Origin: Welwitschia mirabilis
Taxonomy: Eukaryota
Length of the DNA stretch: 38,080 bases
Direction of reading: 5' to 3'
Assembly: GCA_051453625.1 (NCBI GenBank)
Contig: JBOZIK010000001.1
Span: 45,321,010-45,359,089, forward strand
This document shows, in pieces, positions 36,400-38,080 of this stretch; the stretch's first letter is position 1; the number at the start of each line of letters is the position of its first letter. A program made the translations under genes and the position numbers. Under the pieces are notes generated by a model, which worked only from the letters and a program-made list of their open reading frames with translations, had not been told where the DNA came from and searched no databases.

Positions 36400-38080
36400 C
36401 AACTGGGATACACTATGTGAAGAACTCTTTGCTTGTATGCAACAACACATACAAATGGCATAGGAAATGCAAACAATGAGTGATGTCTGTAGTAACATAT
36501 CATACAAAAGGCTTACCACCTTGAAGTTATTGATGACAATGTATAGCCTAAAGGTATGGCACTAGTACCTCCTAAGGAGCATGGTTACAGTTAAGGTGAA
36601 CCAGAGAAGTTTGTAGTTTGTACCCTTGTTAGTATATGAGATGGATTTGATTATACCTTTAGGAAGGATGCAATAAACCAAATGTGGCTATCTTTTATAA
36701 TTCTCATGAATGACATTCTTGTTAGCCTCTTGCTGTAACAACACAATAGGGGTTAGATAAGTTAGGCCTCTTCTTGAGGCTACATCCTTGTCATTAGGGC
36801 ATTATCTCGTGAGGAAGATGAAAATTTGTGTTGAGTGATGCTTTTGAACAAAGGATGCTAACTAAAGCGCATGAAATTCCCATGTGGAAGACATGAGATA
36901 GCACACCAAAATGGTTTTTCTTAGGCATCTCTATTTTTAGCCTAAAACATGGCAGGAGGTATTGGGTTATGTCTCCCATTGTGAAGCTTGTCAATGGGTA
37001 AAGGCCCAATAGATGAAGCGTAGGGCCCACTCTAACCACTTTAAATTTCACAACAAAAGTAGGAGGATACATCCATATAGTTCATCATTTGTCTTCTATA
37101 GACGTAAAGACAACATAATATCATCATGGTCATGTGGGATAGATTTTCGAAGATGGCACACTTCATTCCTCTAAGGGATGTCTCATCAGTAGAAGAGGTG
37201 AGGTGACTCTTCTGATTGCAAATTGTGAAGCTTCATGAAGTTCCAAGGTGAATGGCTTTAGATAGAGAGAGAAAAATTTCTCTTAGATTGTTTGCAACTA
37301 GCAATAAAAGTAATAGATGCCACCACCAAGTCCAGTGTGACATGTGACACCAAGATGCATAAACAGAAAGGGTGAATAGAATCTTAGAGGATATCCTAAT
37401 ATGTTGTGTAACAAGTAGGGAAAGTAGGAGCACTATCGGCATCTTATGGAGTTTGCTTAAAACTAGAGCAAACATTGCTCAACAAAAAAGGCACCCTTCA
37501 AAGTCATATATGAGAGGAACAATAGAACTCCATTAATATGCAAGGACACCATTGTGGGGAAGGAGGGTGGAATAGAGGGTCTAGAAGTAATGAAGGGCAT
37601 TGTGAAATTAATATAAAAACTATAAGGCAATTTGGGATCAGTTTAAGAAATATACATACAATGGGAGGTCATTGACAAATTTATAGATTGGAGACAAAGT
37701 ACTTCTCAAAGAAATCTAGACATTAAGCAACAAGTTGGAAAAGTATTCCAAGCTTAGTCCAAGATATATGGGACCTATTAGGGTTGTTGGTAGGAACAAG
37801 TGAGGGCATACTAGGCAGTGTTCTTAGAGAAGTGCAATTGCATACACTTGGCCTTCCACATAGGCCTTCCACAATCATTTAAGGGATACCACTAGATAAG
37901 GTTGAATTTGAACTGGATGGCACCTTCTTCATAATACCATGAGAGATGTTGTACTTTTGAACAAAGAAGGTATGAAATGAGAGTACATTGGTGATGTGGA
38001 TCTATTGAAATCCCATTGGGGAATTCACTTGGGAGAATGGAGATCATGGGGATTACCTCTTTAGCCTTCATGGACTTACT
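36400..38080 (+). mobile_element. Highly deleted chromovirus-type Ty3/gypsy remnant (RH end, integrase, chromodomain) within intron 4; left end approximate
   Basis: ALSR (~36798); DRFSKMAHFIPL (~37138-37173); LHEVPR; TERVNRILEDIL; PFKVIYER; IGDKVLLK; KLSPRYMGPIRVVGR (~37750-37795); frameshifted EY.LVMW...FTWE (~37981-38035). Confidence 0.85.

Overview
Land-plant nuclear DNA from a gapped draft scaffold with nine N-runs. About 1-27 kb is a stack of decayed retrotransposons: a minus-strand Tekay/Del-type Ty3/gypsy gag-pol with tRNA-iMet PBS; a near-complete minus-strand Athila-type element (LTR, tRNA-Asp PBS, gag-PR-RT-RH-INT, extra 3' ORF, LTR) plus the 5' end of a second copy; two paralogous Ty1/copia RT-RH-PPT-LTR 3' ends; a probable LINE ORF1 remnant; and a second accessory-type ORF. 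All carry heavy C>T/G>A erosion. At 28955 an intact WDR44-like WD40 gene starts (+ strand); four coding exons are visible, followed by a >6.6 kb intron with further gypsy remnants. The most notable unexplained signal is a composite motif, GTCGTCC-N5-7-GTCGTCCGGACGAC (ancestral form reconstructed by inference), repeated in the non-coding parts of the Athila element that also carries an accessory ORF. This is a candidate cis-site/trans-factor system. All alignments, translations and family assignments were made by eye; no searches were run.
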